A stretch of DNA of 64,000 bases from Candidatus Woesearchaeota archaeon (GCA_019322475.1 JAHWIN010000011.1:495-64494), one strand, 5' to 3'; positions 1 through 9,774 are shown, counted from the first letter of the stretch. The notes: a model not told the origin generated them from the sequence alone. Made by a program: numbers and translations.

Positions 1-1
1 A

Positions 2-340
2 TCCTCAATCAAGAGGATATCCACAGACTATGGAACCCTAAAGAGGGAAAAGCTTTTCTTAGGCGGAGATTATATTCAGGTTTGTCTTGTCCAGAGCTAT
101 AAGCAGGAAGAGAACTTTGATATGATAAGCTTAGCGATAGTGGATCCTCTGATCAAGGACAGCTTTATGGGCAGGGTTGATAAGAATGCCTTCTTGGTCA
201 AGAAAAGCGTCTCAGAATCCTTTGATGCTGGCACTATAAATGTATCAGGAGGGTACGCATGCTTCCCTGTGATAAACGGCAGGGTAAGCATGCAGTTTGA
301 AGGAAGAGGAGACCATACCCTTATATCAGGATGGAGCTAG
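2..340 (+). CDS. hypothetical protein, C-terminal fragment (the reading frame is open to the window start)
   Basis: The frame of ORF 122..340 has no stop codon back to position 2, so the gene starts upstream of the window. No recognisable motif. Confidence 0.35.
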   Translation, partial: SSIKRISTDYGTLKREKLFLGGDYIQVCLVQSYKQEENFDMISLAIVDPLIKDSFMGRVDKNAFLVKKSVSESFDAGTINVSGGYACFPVINGRVSMQFEGRGDHTLISGWS

Positions 341-421
341 CCAATCAAAATATTTTTAAACCTCCTCACACCCCCTTACCTTAGTTATCTGCTAAAGCTC
401 CTATGGATCCTGGCTTGTTAG

Positions 422-901
422 GTGGTAAAGATCAATTGTGATATGTGTGGTAAGGAGGCAAGGCTTTTCAAGGCAGATGTAGAAGGCTCTCTTCTTAACC
501 TTTGTGAAAGATGTTCTAGGTTTGGAAAGGTTATATCTCCTCTAATTGAACCGATAAAGGTAAATAAGAAAGCCCCTTCTTCCGCTGCCGCTTCAAAAAC
601 CCAGGAGAAAACGGAAGAGCTCGTTCTTTCGATCATTCCTGATTACAGTTCTATAATAAAGAAAAAAAGGGAGGCATTAGGTATAAGCCAGGAGGATTTT
701 GCCAAAAAGATAAATGAAAAGTCTTCCCTGGTCCACAAGCTGGAGACAGGCCAGTTAGAGCCCCCTTTTAGCCTGGCAAGAAAGGTAGAGAAAGCCCTCC
801 ATATAAGGCTGATAGCCCAGCAGGAGCTTAAGCTGGAGGCATTAGCAAGCCCTAAAAGCGGGCATTTCACTATAGGCGACTTTATCAAGATTAAAAGATG
901 A
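422..901 (+). CDS. mbf1: archaeal multiprotein bridging factor 1-like protein (N-terminal Zn ribbon plus C-terminal XRE-type HTH)
   Basis: N-terminal CDMCG...CERC zinc-ribbon pattern. C-terminal stretch 'IKKKREALGISQEDFAKKINEKSSLVHKLETGQ' is typical of the aMBF1/XRE helix-turn-helix. Confidence 0.7.
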   Translation: MVKINCDMCGKEARLFKADVEGSLLNLCERCSRFGKVISPLIEPIKVNKKAPSSAAASKTQEKTEELVLSIIPDYSSIIKKKREALGISQEDFAKKINEKSSLVHKLETGQLEPPFSLARKVEKALHIRLIAQQELKLEALASPKSGHFTIGDFIKIKR

Positions 902-2335
902 TCACCTGCTGAATATGAGCCCTTCACAATCTCCTTCTTTCTTATTATATTCTTCCTTAAAATCTTCTTTTAGCATGCTTAAAAGCTCACTGGTCTTACC
1001 CAGGCACAACACATCAGATGGTGGGCATGGAAGTATATCACAGCTGTCTATCAATATTGCCTTAGCACCCCCTAATCTGGATTTTAGCTGCGTTATCTTA
1101 TCAGAGTTATAGATCGGATAATAGATAATCTCGTCAGCCTTTTTGTCAGACTCAGAGATAAAGATGGGGTTGCTTATCCAGATTCCGTCTTTAGCTTCAT
1201 TTTTTATGTATTCTTTAAATTCAGGATACTCTTTAAAGTTAGGGAACCTCATGCCTATAGAAGACTGCATGATCAGGGCTGAAACCATAATGGCCAAGAT
1301 GAAAACTGTATTCTTTCTCCTTCCTGCTTTCTTGAACATCTTAACAGCCCCATAAGCAGATATCAGGTAAAGATAAGGCAGGAATGTCAGGGCAAACCTG
1401 GTTTCCTTATGTGCTATAGACATAAAAAATATGAAGAATGCCGCAAAGATCCCCAGTACCAGTGACTTACCCATGTCTTTTTTCTTCAGGATAAAAAAAG
1501 CCCCTATGATGGAAAATAAGGTCATAAGATTCTCTGTAAGCAAAAATTTAAGGTAGAAATGAAAAGGCCTGTGATATATCCACCCTGTATTTTTGGTCAT
1601 GAATGCCTGCAGCAGGAAAGGGTATATTGGGTTTTTATAGGCTGTCAGGTTAAATATCAGGTAAGGTATCGATATAGCAAAAGCGCCGGATAAAAGCATA
1701 GTGATCTTATAGGCTTTTTTATCCCCATGGACCAGGATCATGGCTGCCATCGGGACTATCACAAAAAGTTGCAGGAATCTTGTCATGCAGCTTACCCCCA
1801 CCATCATACCGCTCAATATGTATTTTTCTTTAACAAAGAGATAAACAGCCAGAAGTGCAAAGAATGTCGAAGGTATCCCTGTAAGCAGTGTAGAGCTGTA
1901 GAATAAGAACGTAGGGCTCAATGCAAGGAATAATGCGCCTAAAAGGGCAGAATTTTTATCAAAAGCCTCTTTTCCTATAAGGTAGGTAAGCAATATGCAG
2001 CCTGCCCCAAAACCGATCTCCAGGATTCTTCCCACCAGGAGGGGATTTATCCTGATCTTCCATAGGAACCCAAGGATTATTGGCCATAGCACAGGCCTTG
2101 CAGGCTCCCACAGCCCAGCATGTCCAAGGGAGAATATGTATTTTCCCATCCCCATATAGGCTGCAGAGTCCCATAGGATCCCCCTTTGGAAGATTAGATG
2201 GATTATCTTTATAGTTATGAAAAAGGCAGATATTATGTAAAGTGCTCCTTTCCCTGTACAATTCTTCTTAATCTTCTGCAGAAGATCCATATTCCTTGCA
2301 GTTTTCATCATAGTTATAATATCTGCATATCTCAT
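902..2335 (-). CDS. polytopic membrane glycosyltransferase, ArnT/PMT (GT39/GT83)-like, with a C-terminal soluble domain
   Basis: 477 aa with many predicted TM helices and an ArnT/PMT-like layout. The N-terminal globular domain contains CxxC-like pairs. The family assignment is tentative. Confidence 0.5.
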   Translation of the reverse strand: MRYADIITMMKTARNMDLLQKIKKNCTGKGALYIISAFFITIKIIHLIFQRGILWDSAAYMGMGKYIFSLGHAGLWEPARPVLWPIILGFLWKIRINPLLVGRILEIGFGAGCILLTYLIGKEAFDKNSALLGALFLALSPTFLFYSSTLLTGIPSTFFALLAVYLFVKEKYILSGMMVGVSCMTRFLQLFVIVPMAAMILVHGDKKAYKITMLLSGAFAISIPYLIFNLTAYKNPIYPFLLQAFMTKNTGWIYHRPFHFYLKFLLTENLMTLFSIIGAFFILKKKDMGKSLVLGIFAAFFIFFMSIAHKETRFALTFLPYLYLISAYGAVKMFKKAGRRKNTVFILAIMVSALIMQSSIGMRFPNFKEYPEFKEYIKNEAKDGIWISNPIFISESDKKADEIIYYPIYNSDKITQLKSRLGGAKAILIDSCDILPCPPSDVLCLGKTSELLSMLKEDFKEEYNKKEGDCEGLIFSR

Positions 2336-2984
2336 TCAGGACATTGTTCTTTTCCATAAGCCCTTCAAATTTCTCCCCTTCTATGACTATGCTGGGGTAC
2401 TTCTCTATCCCGTATGTATGTTTGATTATGGATATTATGGGTTCATCTGTTTGTTTTGAGTCAAATGAGAAGACGAGCAGTTTGTCCTTGAAAAGCTTCT
2501 TGAGGTATGTAAGGACATATGCCTGGTCTTCACAGTCGGGGCATTCCCCATCATCAGAATAGAAATATAATATTGTGGCTATTTCGCTGTTGCAAAGCTC
2601 TTTTGTCTTTTTTGCAAGAAGCCAGTACCTTACCTGGGCAAGGGCATATTCTCTTTTTAACAGTCCGAAGCTGCCCTTGTTTATCTTGGAGTTTTCATCG
2701 AACCTCTCCAGCCTCTCTCTCGCAGACTCAAGGCTTTTTATGTTGTCTTCAAATGTCTTAGAGACAGCATCGCAGTTCTCCTCCTGGCTTAGCTGATCGA
2801 CAAAAGCATACTGGAGCTGCAGGCTGTTATATTCCAGGTTTTGCAGCCTGTTGACGGATTCTATATACTCCACCCTTCTTCCCTCTATGACAAGCCCCAT
2901 CATCATGCCCAGAAGGAAAATGCCTATCGTGATTATCGCAGCTATGATATATTTTTCAGTGCTTACCTTCCTCATACCTACCAC
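2268..2984 (-). CDS. membrane-anchored thioredoxin/DsbA-like oxidoreductase (CPDC active site)
   Basis: One N-terminal TM helix followed by a 'GECPDCEDQAYV' thioredoxin-fold CxxC motif. The 5' end overlaps the neighbouring ORF, so the true start is probably further downstream. Confidence 0.55.
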   Translation of the reverse strand: MVGMRKVSTEKYIIAAIITIGIFLLGMMMGLVIEGRRVEYIESVNRLQNLEYNSLQLQYAFVDQLSQEENCDAVSKTFEDNIKSLESARERLERFDENSKINKGSFGLLKREYALAQVRYWLLAKKTKELCNSEIATILYFYSDDGECPDCEDQAYVLTYLKKLFKDKLLVFSFDSKQTDEPIISIIKHTYGIEKYPSIVIEGEKFEGLMEKNNVLNEICRYYNYDENCKEYGSSAED

Positions 2985-4231
2985 CTCTGCTTTTTTCCTA
3001 TTATCATTTCAGCGAGTATCCCTATCCATATCACTCCAAGAAGCACAAAATAAGCGAATAAGTAAGCTATTATTGATAATATCCCATATTTGCCTGCATT
3101 TTCCTTTGTGCTTATGTGCGATTTTGCAAATATATAGATGGACAATACAAGCATTATCACAGCAGATATTATGCTTGCAAAATTAAGGTCAAGTATGTGG
3201 AAATCTATCTTGAAGTTCCTTATGAATGTCATGATGTCAAAGCCGACATGCCTAAGCCTTATTATGCTTCCCATAGGTATCCAGAGATTATAGTAAAACA
3301 TAGCCCCTATTATTATGACTGCAAGAAACCCGCTTACTATGATGAGAGGCATCTGGATCAGCCCAAAATCTCCATAGTTTTTGTTGAGCATCATCTTTCG
3401 GTATTTTAATGCATTGTATATGGAGCCCTTATACCACCTGTTCCTTTGCTTATATAGCTGCTTAAGCGTTTTTGGGGCTATGGTCGAAACCTCCCCTTCC
3501 AGCAGCTGGATTATACGGTAATGCTTGCTTTGGAGCCTTAATGCCATCTCCAGGTCCTCAGTAAGGTTGAAGTCTTCATCAAAATAGCCCACCTTCTTCA
3601 GTATTTCTGTCCTGTATATGCTGAACGGTCCGGGTGCAACATGTATGCAGTTCAGCCTGCTCATAAGCTCCTTGTAGAACATGTTTATCAGGTACTCAAA
3701 CCACTGCATCCTTTGCAGGAAGTTTTGTGGTTTTTCTACCTTAAGGACAGGAAGCACACAGGCTATATCCTTTTTGTCAAAATAGGGGAGTATCTTCTTC
3801 AGGGAATCTTCTTTCACAAATGAATCAGCGTCAAGGCAGATGAAGAATTCCCCCTTTGCAGCCTTTAGACCGGCATTCAATGCAGCCCCTTTGCCTTTGT
3901 TTTCCTGGCTTATCAGCCGTATATCAAATCCCTTGTTCTCCTTGATTACCTTCTTGGCAACCTCCTCTGTTTTGTCAGAGCTGCCGTCATTGACAACTAT
4001 AAACTCCATCAGGTTGATTGGGTAATCAAGCTTCAATACAGAGGTTATTGTCCTCTCTATCCTGTCCTCTTCATTGTATGCAGGTATTACTATAGTTGCA
4101 AAAGGAAATCCATTGAGCTTCTTAGGTTTTTCAGCAGGGCTGTCATCCAGCAGTACCAGGAGCCAGAATACCACAAAATAGAGGGCAGCCAGGTATGCAA
4201 ACCAGATGATTATCCTTATGAAAGTTTCCAT
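2978..4231 (-). CDS. processive family-2 glycosyltransferase (cellulose/chitin/PNAG-synthase-like)
   Basis: N-terminal TM helix, then 'IVIPAYNEE', 'NDGSSD', 'LDADS', 'LTEDLE' and the 'QRNRW' (QxxRW) motif, followed by C-terminal TM helices. This is the D,D,D,QxxRW architecture of processive beta-glycosyltransferases. Confidence 0.75.
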   Translation of the reverse strand: METFIRIIIWFAYLAALYFVVFWLLVLLDDSPAEKPKKLNGFPFATIVIPAYNEEDRIERTITSVLKLDYPINLMEFIVVNDGSSDKTEEVAKKVIKENKGFDIRLISQENKGKGAALNAGLKAAKGEFFICLDADSFVKEDSLKKILPYFDKKDIACVLPVLKVEKPQNFLQRMQWFEYLINMFYKELMSRLNCIHVAPGPFSIYRTEILKKVGYFDEDFNLTEDLEMALRLQSKHYRIIQLLEGEVSTIAPKTLKQLYKQRNRWYKGSIYNALKYRKMMLNKNYGDFGLIQMPLIIVSGFLAVIIIGAMFYYNLWIPMGSIIRLRHVGFDIMTFIRNFKIDFHILDLNFASIISAVIMLVLSIYIFAKSHISTKENAGKYGILSIIAYLFAYFVLLGVIWIGILAEMIIGKKQRW

Positions 4232-4359
4232 CTTTTTCGAAAGTTATATTTTCAATATAAATGTTTTGAAAATAACCTTGCCCTGCTGCGAGATGCCCTG
4301 ATCCTGACAGGTTAGCCCTTCTATAAGTTTCTTTGCCCTACAATCGGCTACCTTTTTCC

Positions 4360-5136
4360 TTATCCCTTCCAGAAACCCCTTATTATTTCAGCCCTTTTCT
4401 TATTGAGCCCGCCCAGCCTATAGATAACTACATTTTTTATCCTGTTCCTTTTGGCGATCTCCAGGTCCCTTTTCAGCTCCTCATCTTTCAGCTGCTTTTC
4501 ATCCCCGATTATTCCTTTTCCTATAACCCCCAGCCCGATAAGATAGTTCTCTTTATACTCCTCTTGTCCTTCTCTTATCTGCCTTTCAAGATACCTTTTG
4601 ATCGCCTTGTTCTCTATCATGCTTGTATAAAGCATGCCTATCTTCTTATGATTGTATTCCCTCGGGCTGAAAGAAAGGGCAAGAAACCTGAAAATACGCC
4701 TAAAAAGCGCATTTTCCATGGGATATTCAGCAGTTATTATCCCTTTGTTATATCTCCCGGAATTTTTTATAAATTCCCTTATGATCTTCCTGTTCCTGAA
4801 AAAATTATGCAGCTCTTTTTTCCAGTTGCCTCTTTTTAATGGAAGTTCCGCATCCCAAAGCACCTTGATCCTTTCTTTGTCTTCTTTTAGCTCACCGATG
4901 ACCCTTTTAAGCGCCCCTCTTTTCGAAAAGGGGCTCATCCAGTACCCCTCTTCTTCTTTTAATGTTGGCCAGTATATGATATCTTTTACGTTCTTGTTCT
5001 TGATGATCTTCTCCCTGATGCCCTTAAACTGGCTTAAGCTTGCTGAAGCTATATACACATCTGAAGGGAAGCTTATCATCCTTAATCTTCCCAGGCTTTC
5101 TCTGGTTGGAAACTCTTCAAAAAATCCGATCCTCAT
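4360..5136 (-). CDS. hypothetical protein in the glycosyltransferase cluster (possible polysaccharide-modifying enzyme)
   Basis: 258-aa ORF with no recognised motif, sitting in the same orientation between two GT2 genes. Confidence 0.35.
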   Translation of the reverse strand: MRIGFFEEFPTRESLGRLRMISFPSDVYIASASLSQFKGIREKIIKNKNVKDIIYWPTLKEEEGYWMSPFSKRGALKRVIGELKEDKERIKVLWDAELPLKRGNWKKELHNFFRNRKIIREFIKNSGRYNKGIITAEYPMENALFRRIFRFLALSFSPREYNHKKIGMLYTSMIENKAIKRYLERQIREGQEEYKENYLIGLGVIGKGIIGDEKQLKDEELKRDLEIAKRNRIKNVVIYRLGGLNKKRAEIIRGFWKG

Positions 5137-5831
5137 TTTTTATAGTCAAACCTGTACCTGAAGACATCCTTCCTGATTGGCCCGATAATAGCTTGGTATG
5201 CTGTTGCCATGACTATTGTAGAACCAACCTTTATCCTTCCGAATGTATCGAACCTTCTTACAGAGGTGTCTATCTTCCTGTTAAGTATCCCGAATCTTCC
5301 ATGTTTAAGGCACCTCTTTATGTAGTCATTTTCTTCAAACATAGTCAATTCCTCATCAAATCCTTTGATCCTATTGTGTATGCTTTTTTTGACCAAGATG
5401 CAGCACCCCCCAAGTACAGGGGAGACCTTCTCAGAGACCTTGACGAAGCCGTTAAAGATCTTAAAATAGGCCTTGTCTTCTAATCTGTTGCTCATGGGCC
5501 TAAGAAGGCAGCCTGCAGCCCCAAGTTTCTTTTTCTTGAACTCGTCAAGGATGCCTTTGATAAACCCCTCTTCAAGGCAGCAGTCAGCATCGAGAAAAAG
5601 AAGAAGGCTCCCCTTTGCTGATTTAGCCCCCCTGTTCCTCCCTATCCCGGGTTTATTCCCTCCTTTAACTATCCTGCATCTGAACCTTCTTGCTATATCC
5701 CTTGTCTTGTCCTTTGAATTGTTATCAGCTATTATTATCTCATAATCCTTTATGTTCTGCATTTTTATCGAATCTAGGAGTTTGCCGAGGTATTTTCCCT
5801 CATTATATGTTGGAATTATGATGCTAAGCAT
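5133..5831 (-). CDS. family-2 glycosyltransferase (dolichyl-phosphate sugar synthase-like)
   Basis: 'LSIIIPTYNEGKYL', 'EIIIADNNSKDKT' and 'LDADC' are the GT2 DxD signature motifs. The protein is soluble and 232 aa long. Confidence 0.7.
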   Translation of the reverse strand: MLSIIIPTYNEGKYLGKLLDSIKMQNIKDYEIIIADNNSKDKTRDIARRFRCRIVKGGNKPGIGRNRGAKSAKGSLLLFLDADCCLEEGFIKGILDEFKKKKLGAAGCLLRPMSNRLEDKAYFKIFNGFVKVSEKVSPVLGGCCILVKKSIHNRIKGFDEELTMFEENDYIKRCLKHGRFGILNRKIDTSVRRFDTFGRIKVGSTIVMATAYQAIIGPIRKDVFRYRFDYKK

Positions 5832-5913
5832 AATCCTGATTAAGTTAGGGGAATATATAAATCTATGGCAAAATTTATAATTTAGTTATCCTTCCCTTCT
5901 GTAGGGGATTGTT

Positions 5914-6618
5914 ATGGATAAGATAAATTCCGGAAGCAGGATTCTTGACAGCATGATTGGCGGAGGCTATGAAAGTGACATAATAACCACCATATATGGC
6001 CCTGCAGGCTCAGGCAAGACGCTCTTGTGCCTTCTTTGCAGCATCAACATAGCCAGGAACAGGAAGAAAGTTATTTATGTTGATACAGAAAATAATTTCT
6101 CTGTAGAGAGGCTCAAGCAGATAGCAAAATACGACTATCACAAGATACTTGGCAGGATGGTATTCTTGAAGCCGACATCATTTGAAGAGCAGAAAGATGC
6201 CTTTGACAGGCTAAGGAAGATAATGGACAATGGCATAGGCCTTATAGTTGTTGACACCATAGCCATGCTTTACAGGCTTGAGCTGGGAAAAAACGACCAG
6301 GTTTATGATGTCAACAGGGAATTGGGGAGGCAGATCTCCTACCTGGGCGAGATAGCAAGAAAAAAGAACATCCCCGTCTTGATAACAAACCAGGTCTATG
6401 CAGACTTTGAGAAAAAGGGAAAAGTAAACCTTGTTGGAGGGGATCTTCTGAAATACAGCTCCAAATGCCTCTTAGAGCTGCAGATAACCCCTGCACGAAA
6501 CAGGAGATGCATAGTAAGGAAGCACAGGTCCATAAGTGAGGATAAGGAGATTATCTTCAGGATAGTTGAAGGCGGTATGATCGGCACAAAAGAGGGAAAG
6601 GGCTTTAAGTTCTTTTGA
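5914..6618 (+). CDS. radB: RadB (archaeal RadA paralogue; RecA-family ATPase)
   Basis: Walker A 'GPAGSGKT', Walker B 'LIVVDT', a ~230-aa RecA core and no N-terminal HhH domain. Confidence 0.75.
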   Translation: MDKINSGSRILDSMIGGGYESDIITTIYGPAGSGKTLLCLLCSINIARNRKKVIYVDTENNFSVERLKQIAKYDYHKILGRMVFLKPTSFEEQKDAFDRLRKIMDNGIGLIVVDTIAMLYRLELGKNDQVYDVNRELGRQISYLGEIARKKNIPVLITNQVYADFEKKGKVNLVGGDLLKYSSKCLLELQITPARNRRCIVRKHRSISEDKEIIFRIVEGGMIGTKEGKGFKFF

Positions 6619-6751
6619 CGCATTTAGGCCATACTCTATGATCTCAAGCTGTTCTGTCTTGTTTTTAAGAACATCTCTCCCTCCTCCCCTATTTTATGCT
6701 GTCACCGCCTCAAACAATAGTTTTTTAAACAAAACTTCACTTACATAGGCA

Positions 6752-8317
6752 GTGACTGGTATGAAGCTCAACGAAAAGATAAGGGATTTTAACAAGAAGA
6801 AAAATGGCTTGCCTATAGATAAAGAACTGGTAAAAAAACAGCATGAAAAAGGCAAGCTGACAGCGCAGGAGCGATTAAGCCTCCTTCTTGATGAAGGCAC
6901 ATTCACAGAGATAGGCGAATTTATAGAGTTGAAAAGCCATGATTTCAATCTTCAGGAAAAGAAAAAGGCTGGAGATGGAGTTATCGCAGGCTACGGCCAG
7001 GTTAACGGCAGGCCTGTTTGCGTATATGCGCAGGATTTTACCTTCATGGGCGGGTCTATGGGAGAGATGCACAATAAGAAGATAGCCCAGGTTATGGATT
7101 TTGCTTTAAAGACGGGCTGCCCGATCATAGGGCTTTTTGATTCTGGCGGAGCAAGGATCCAGGAAGGCATCAATGGCCTTGATGGGGGAGGCCACATCTT
7201 TAAGATGAATTCACGCTGTAGCGGCGTAATACCCCAGATAAGCGCAATAATGGGGCCTTGCGCAGGCATCGCAGTATATTCTCCGGCATTGACTGATTTC
7301 GTATTTATGGTTGACAAGATAAGCTACATGTTTATAACCGGACCTGATGTTGTCAGGAGCGTAACAGGAGAAGATGTAGATTTCATGGGCCTTGGAGGCG
7401 CAGATGTCCATAGCACCAAGAGCGGGGTTTCTCATTTCTCTGCCTCAAGCGAGAAAGACTGCATACTGCAGATAAAAAAGCTGCTCAGTTACCTTCCTCA
7501 GAATAACCTTGAGGATACGCCCCCCATAGATATGGGTGACACCCCTGACAGGATAAACAGCAGGCTGAACGAGATAATACCTGCCGATCCGAAAAAAAGT
7601 TACGATGTTAGGGATGTTATAACAGAGATAGTGGATAAGAATTCCTTCTTCGAGGTCCATTCAGGATACGCGCAGAACTGCGTTGTAGGCTTTGCACGCC
7701 TCAACTCCAATGTTGTAGGCATAGTTGCAAACCAGCCAAAGGTCCTTGCAGGCTGCCTTGACGTAAACAGCTCTCAGAAGATATCCCGCTTTGTAAGGTT
7801 CTCTGACTCTTTCAACATACCTTTGATAAACCTTATTGATGTAACAGGATATCTGCCTGGAACAGACCAGGAATATAGTGGTGTGATAAAGCACGGCGCT
7901 AAGATCCTCTATGCTTATTCAGAAGCTACAGTCCCAAAGATAAGCCTTGTTATGAGAAAGGCGTATGGCGGAGCCTATATAGCCTTGGTAAGCAAGGATA
8001 TGGCATATGATTACACCCTTGCATACCCTATGGCAGAGATAGCGGTCATGGGAGCCGAGCAGGCAGTCAATATCCTTAACAAGAGGGACAAGGCCTCTAA
8101 GCAGTGGGATTCCATAAAAAAAGAAAAGACAGCTGAATTCTCTGAAAAATTCTTAAACCCCTATGTGGCTGCAAGCCAGGGAAAGATAGACAAGATAATA
8201 GACCCTAAGGAGACCAGGATTGCACTGATAAGCGCATTGGAGATGCTTATGCCCAAAAGGGAGGCCACAAAAGGCAAAAAGGCCATGCCAAGAAAACACG
8301 GCAATATGCCTCTGTAA
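6752..8317 (+). CDS. acyl-CoA (propionyl/methylmalonyl-CoA) carboxylase, carboxyltransferase subunit
   Basis: 521 aa with the PccB/AccD5-like duplicated crotonase-fold carboxyltransferase domains. Stretches such as 'GGARIQEG' and 'GPCAGIAVYSPALTDF' are characteristic. Confidence 0.85.
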   Translation: MTGMKLNEKIRDFNKKKNGLPIDKELVKKQHEKGKLTAQERLSLLLDEGTFTEIGEFIELKSHDFNLQEKKKAGDGVIAGYGQVNGRPVCVYAQDFTFMGGSMGEMHNKKIAQVMDFALKTGCPIIGLFDSGGARIQEGINGLDGGGHIFKMNSRCSGVIPQISAIMGPCAGIAVYSPALTDFVFMVDKISYMFITGPDVVRSVTGEDVDFMGLGGADVHSTKSGVSHFSASSEKDCILQIKKLLSYLPQNNLEDTPPIDMGDTPDRINSRLNEIIPADPKKSYDVRDVITEIVDKNSFFEVHSGYAQNCVVGFARLNSNVVGIVANQPKVLAGCLDVNSSQKISRFVRFSDSFNIPLINLIDVTGYLPGTDQEYSGVIKHGAKILYAYSEATVPKISLVMRKAYGGAYIALVSKDMAYDYTLAYPMAEIAVMGAEQAVNILNKRDKASKQWDSIKKEKTAEFSEKFLNPYVAASQGKIDKIIDPKETRIALISALEMLMPKREATKGKKAMPRKHGNMPL

Positions 8318-8318
8318 A

Positions 8319-8708
8319 ATGCAGGATTTAAAGGTCAAGCTGGACGGAAAAGATTACGACGTTAAGGTAGAGGAGCTAGACTCTGGAAGGTTGAAGGTAT
8401 ATCTTGATGGGGAATCTTTTGAGGTAGAGACAAGGTCAGACATAGAAAAGCAGCTTTTTGAAGAGGTCAAAAGTTCAGATGATCCAAAAGGAAAAAAGAT
8501 AGTGGCTGCCCCCCTTCCCGGAGCGGTATTTTCTGTATCTGTAAAAGAAGGGGATAAGGTGTCTAAGGGGCAGAAATTGGTAAGCCTTATGGCAATGAAG
8601 ATGGAGAATGAGGTTTGTGCTCCTGTCAAAGGGATTATAAAAGAGATTAAGGTAAAAAAAGGAGATTCTGTCGATAAAGGGGACATCCTCATGCTCTACA
8701 AGGATTGA
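8319..8708 (+). CDS. biotin carboxyl carrier protein (biotin/lipoyl attachment domain)
   Basis: 'LMAMKMENE' matches the A-M-K-M biotinylation motif. The gene is translationally coupled to the upstream carboxyltransferase gene. Confidence 0.8.
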   Translation: MQDLKVKLDGKDYDVKVEELDSGRLKVYLDGESFEVETRSDIEKQLFEEVKSSDDPKGKKIVAAPLPGAVFSVSVKEGDKVSKGQKLVSLMAMKMENEVCAPVKGIIKEIKVKKGDSVDKGDILMLYKD

Positions 8709-8713
8709 CTCTC

Positions 8714-8755
8714 TGATTGCTCAAGCTGGGCACATACCCCTCAGCTTGCTGCGGT
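8714..8755 (+). repeat. 42-nt conserved post-stop element, copy 1 (hairpin plus GCTGCGGT)
   Basis: tgattgctcaagctgg-N11-cccctcagcttgctgcggt starts at the BCCP stop codon. CAAGCTG / CAGCTTG form a 7-bp stem, and a T-run follows. Confidence 0.4.
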
Positions 8756-8909
8756 GGGGATTTTTTATTTTAAGAAGCAGTTAGTTCATTCCACCTGAAT
8801 TCCCTGAGTTTGATCCCCCTTTTTCTTAAGTGCATAGAGATCTCTTCATTCAGTTCAAGCAGGCCCTTAGACTCAGTTAGATAGGCCATCTCCTCTATCT
8901 CTTTTATGT

Positions 8910-9149
8910 TCATTTTTCCTTCTCCCCTGAGGTCTTTCCGAATAATATGCCTGCTAGGACATTAAGGGCCCATGCCTGGAAAACATTGATCTGCAGCTGG
9001 CTGAAATTCTTGAAAACATAGTTCCACAGCCACATTACCGGAAAAGCAAGGATCAATCCCACCAATGCAGACAAAATGATGATAAGAAACATAGTGTATC
9101 CCAACTCAAATATCCTTTTTAATAATGGTGTATTGTCCAAAAAACCCAT
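8910..9149 (-). CDS. small hypothetical membrane protein
   Basis: 79 aa with two hydrophobic helices and no conserved motif. Confidence 0.3.
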   Translation of the reverse strand: MGFLDNTPLLKRIFELGYTMFLIIILSALVGLILAFPVMWLWNYVFKNFSQLQINVFQAWALNVLAGILFGKTSGEKEK

Positions 9150-9275
9150 CTTGATTAATAAGTAATTCGTGCTAATTTATAAATCTTATTGAAAATAAAA
9201 AATAACTGGCACCAGATAGGTTTCTATTGGGCATATCAAACAAAAAAAAATAAATACTCCTCCAATATACTTGAT

Positions 9276-9701
9276 ATGAAGATGGCATCAAATAAGACAG
9301 AGCACAGGGTAAGGTACTCAGACACGGATCATTTTGGTGTTGTTTATTATGCCCGCTATCTTGACTGGTTCGAAGCAGGGAGGACAGAGATTCTAAGGTC
9401 AAAAGGCATCTCTTACGCAGATCTGGAAAAGAAAGGTCTTTTTGCTCCAGTTATAGAGATAAAGGTTAATTACAATAAGCCGGCAAGATACGACGATATT
9501 ATCGAGCTTGAGACCTCTGTTGAAAACATAGGGAATTCAAGCATCAGGTTCAGTTATAAGGTTTTCAGGAACCATCCGGAGTCAGATGGCGAGCAGGCCG
9601 AAAAAGAGCTTTTAGCTGAAGCATATACAGTCAATGTTTTCATCAATAAGGGCATGGAGCCTGTAAGGATACCGGATTACGTTAGGGATATCCTGAAATG
9701 A
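9276..9701 (+). CDS. acyl-CoA thioesterase, hotdog fold (YbgC/4HBT family)
   Basis: Starting at the internal ATG at 9276 gives 'HRVRYSDTDHFGVVYYARYLDWFEAGRTE', the 4HBT/YbgC catalytic signature. The ORF as tracked begins at 9189. Confidence 0.65.
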   Translation: MKMASNKTEHRVRYSDTDHFGVVYYARYLDWFEAGRTEILRSKGISYADLEKKGLFAPVIEIKVNYNKPARYDDIIELETSVENIGNSSIRFSYKVFRNHPESDGEQAEKELLAEAYTVNVFINKGMEPVRIPDYVRDILK

Positions 9702-9774
9702 GCCTGATCATCTGACGATTCTTAAAAAGATAGCAGCCATTAAGAAAAGCCGAAAATATCTGTTTCCCTGCTTT

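Noticed and set aside
9189-9275. First 29 codons of the tracked ORF 9189..9701
   Set aside because: The N-terminal 'MKIKNNWHQIGFYWAYQTKKNKYSSNILD' is AT-rich low-complexity upstream of a clear thioesterase start (MKMASNKTEH), so it is probably 5' UTR.
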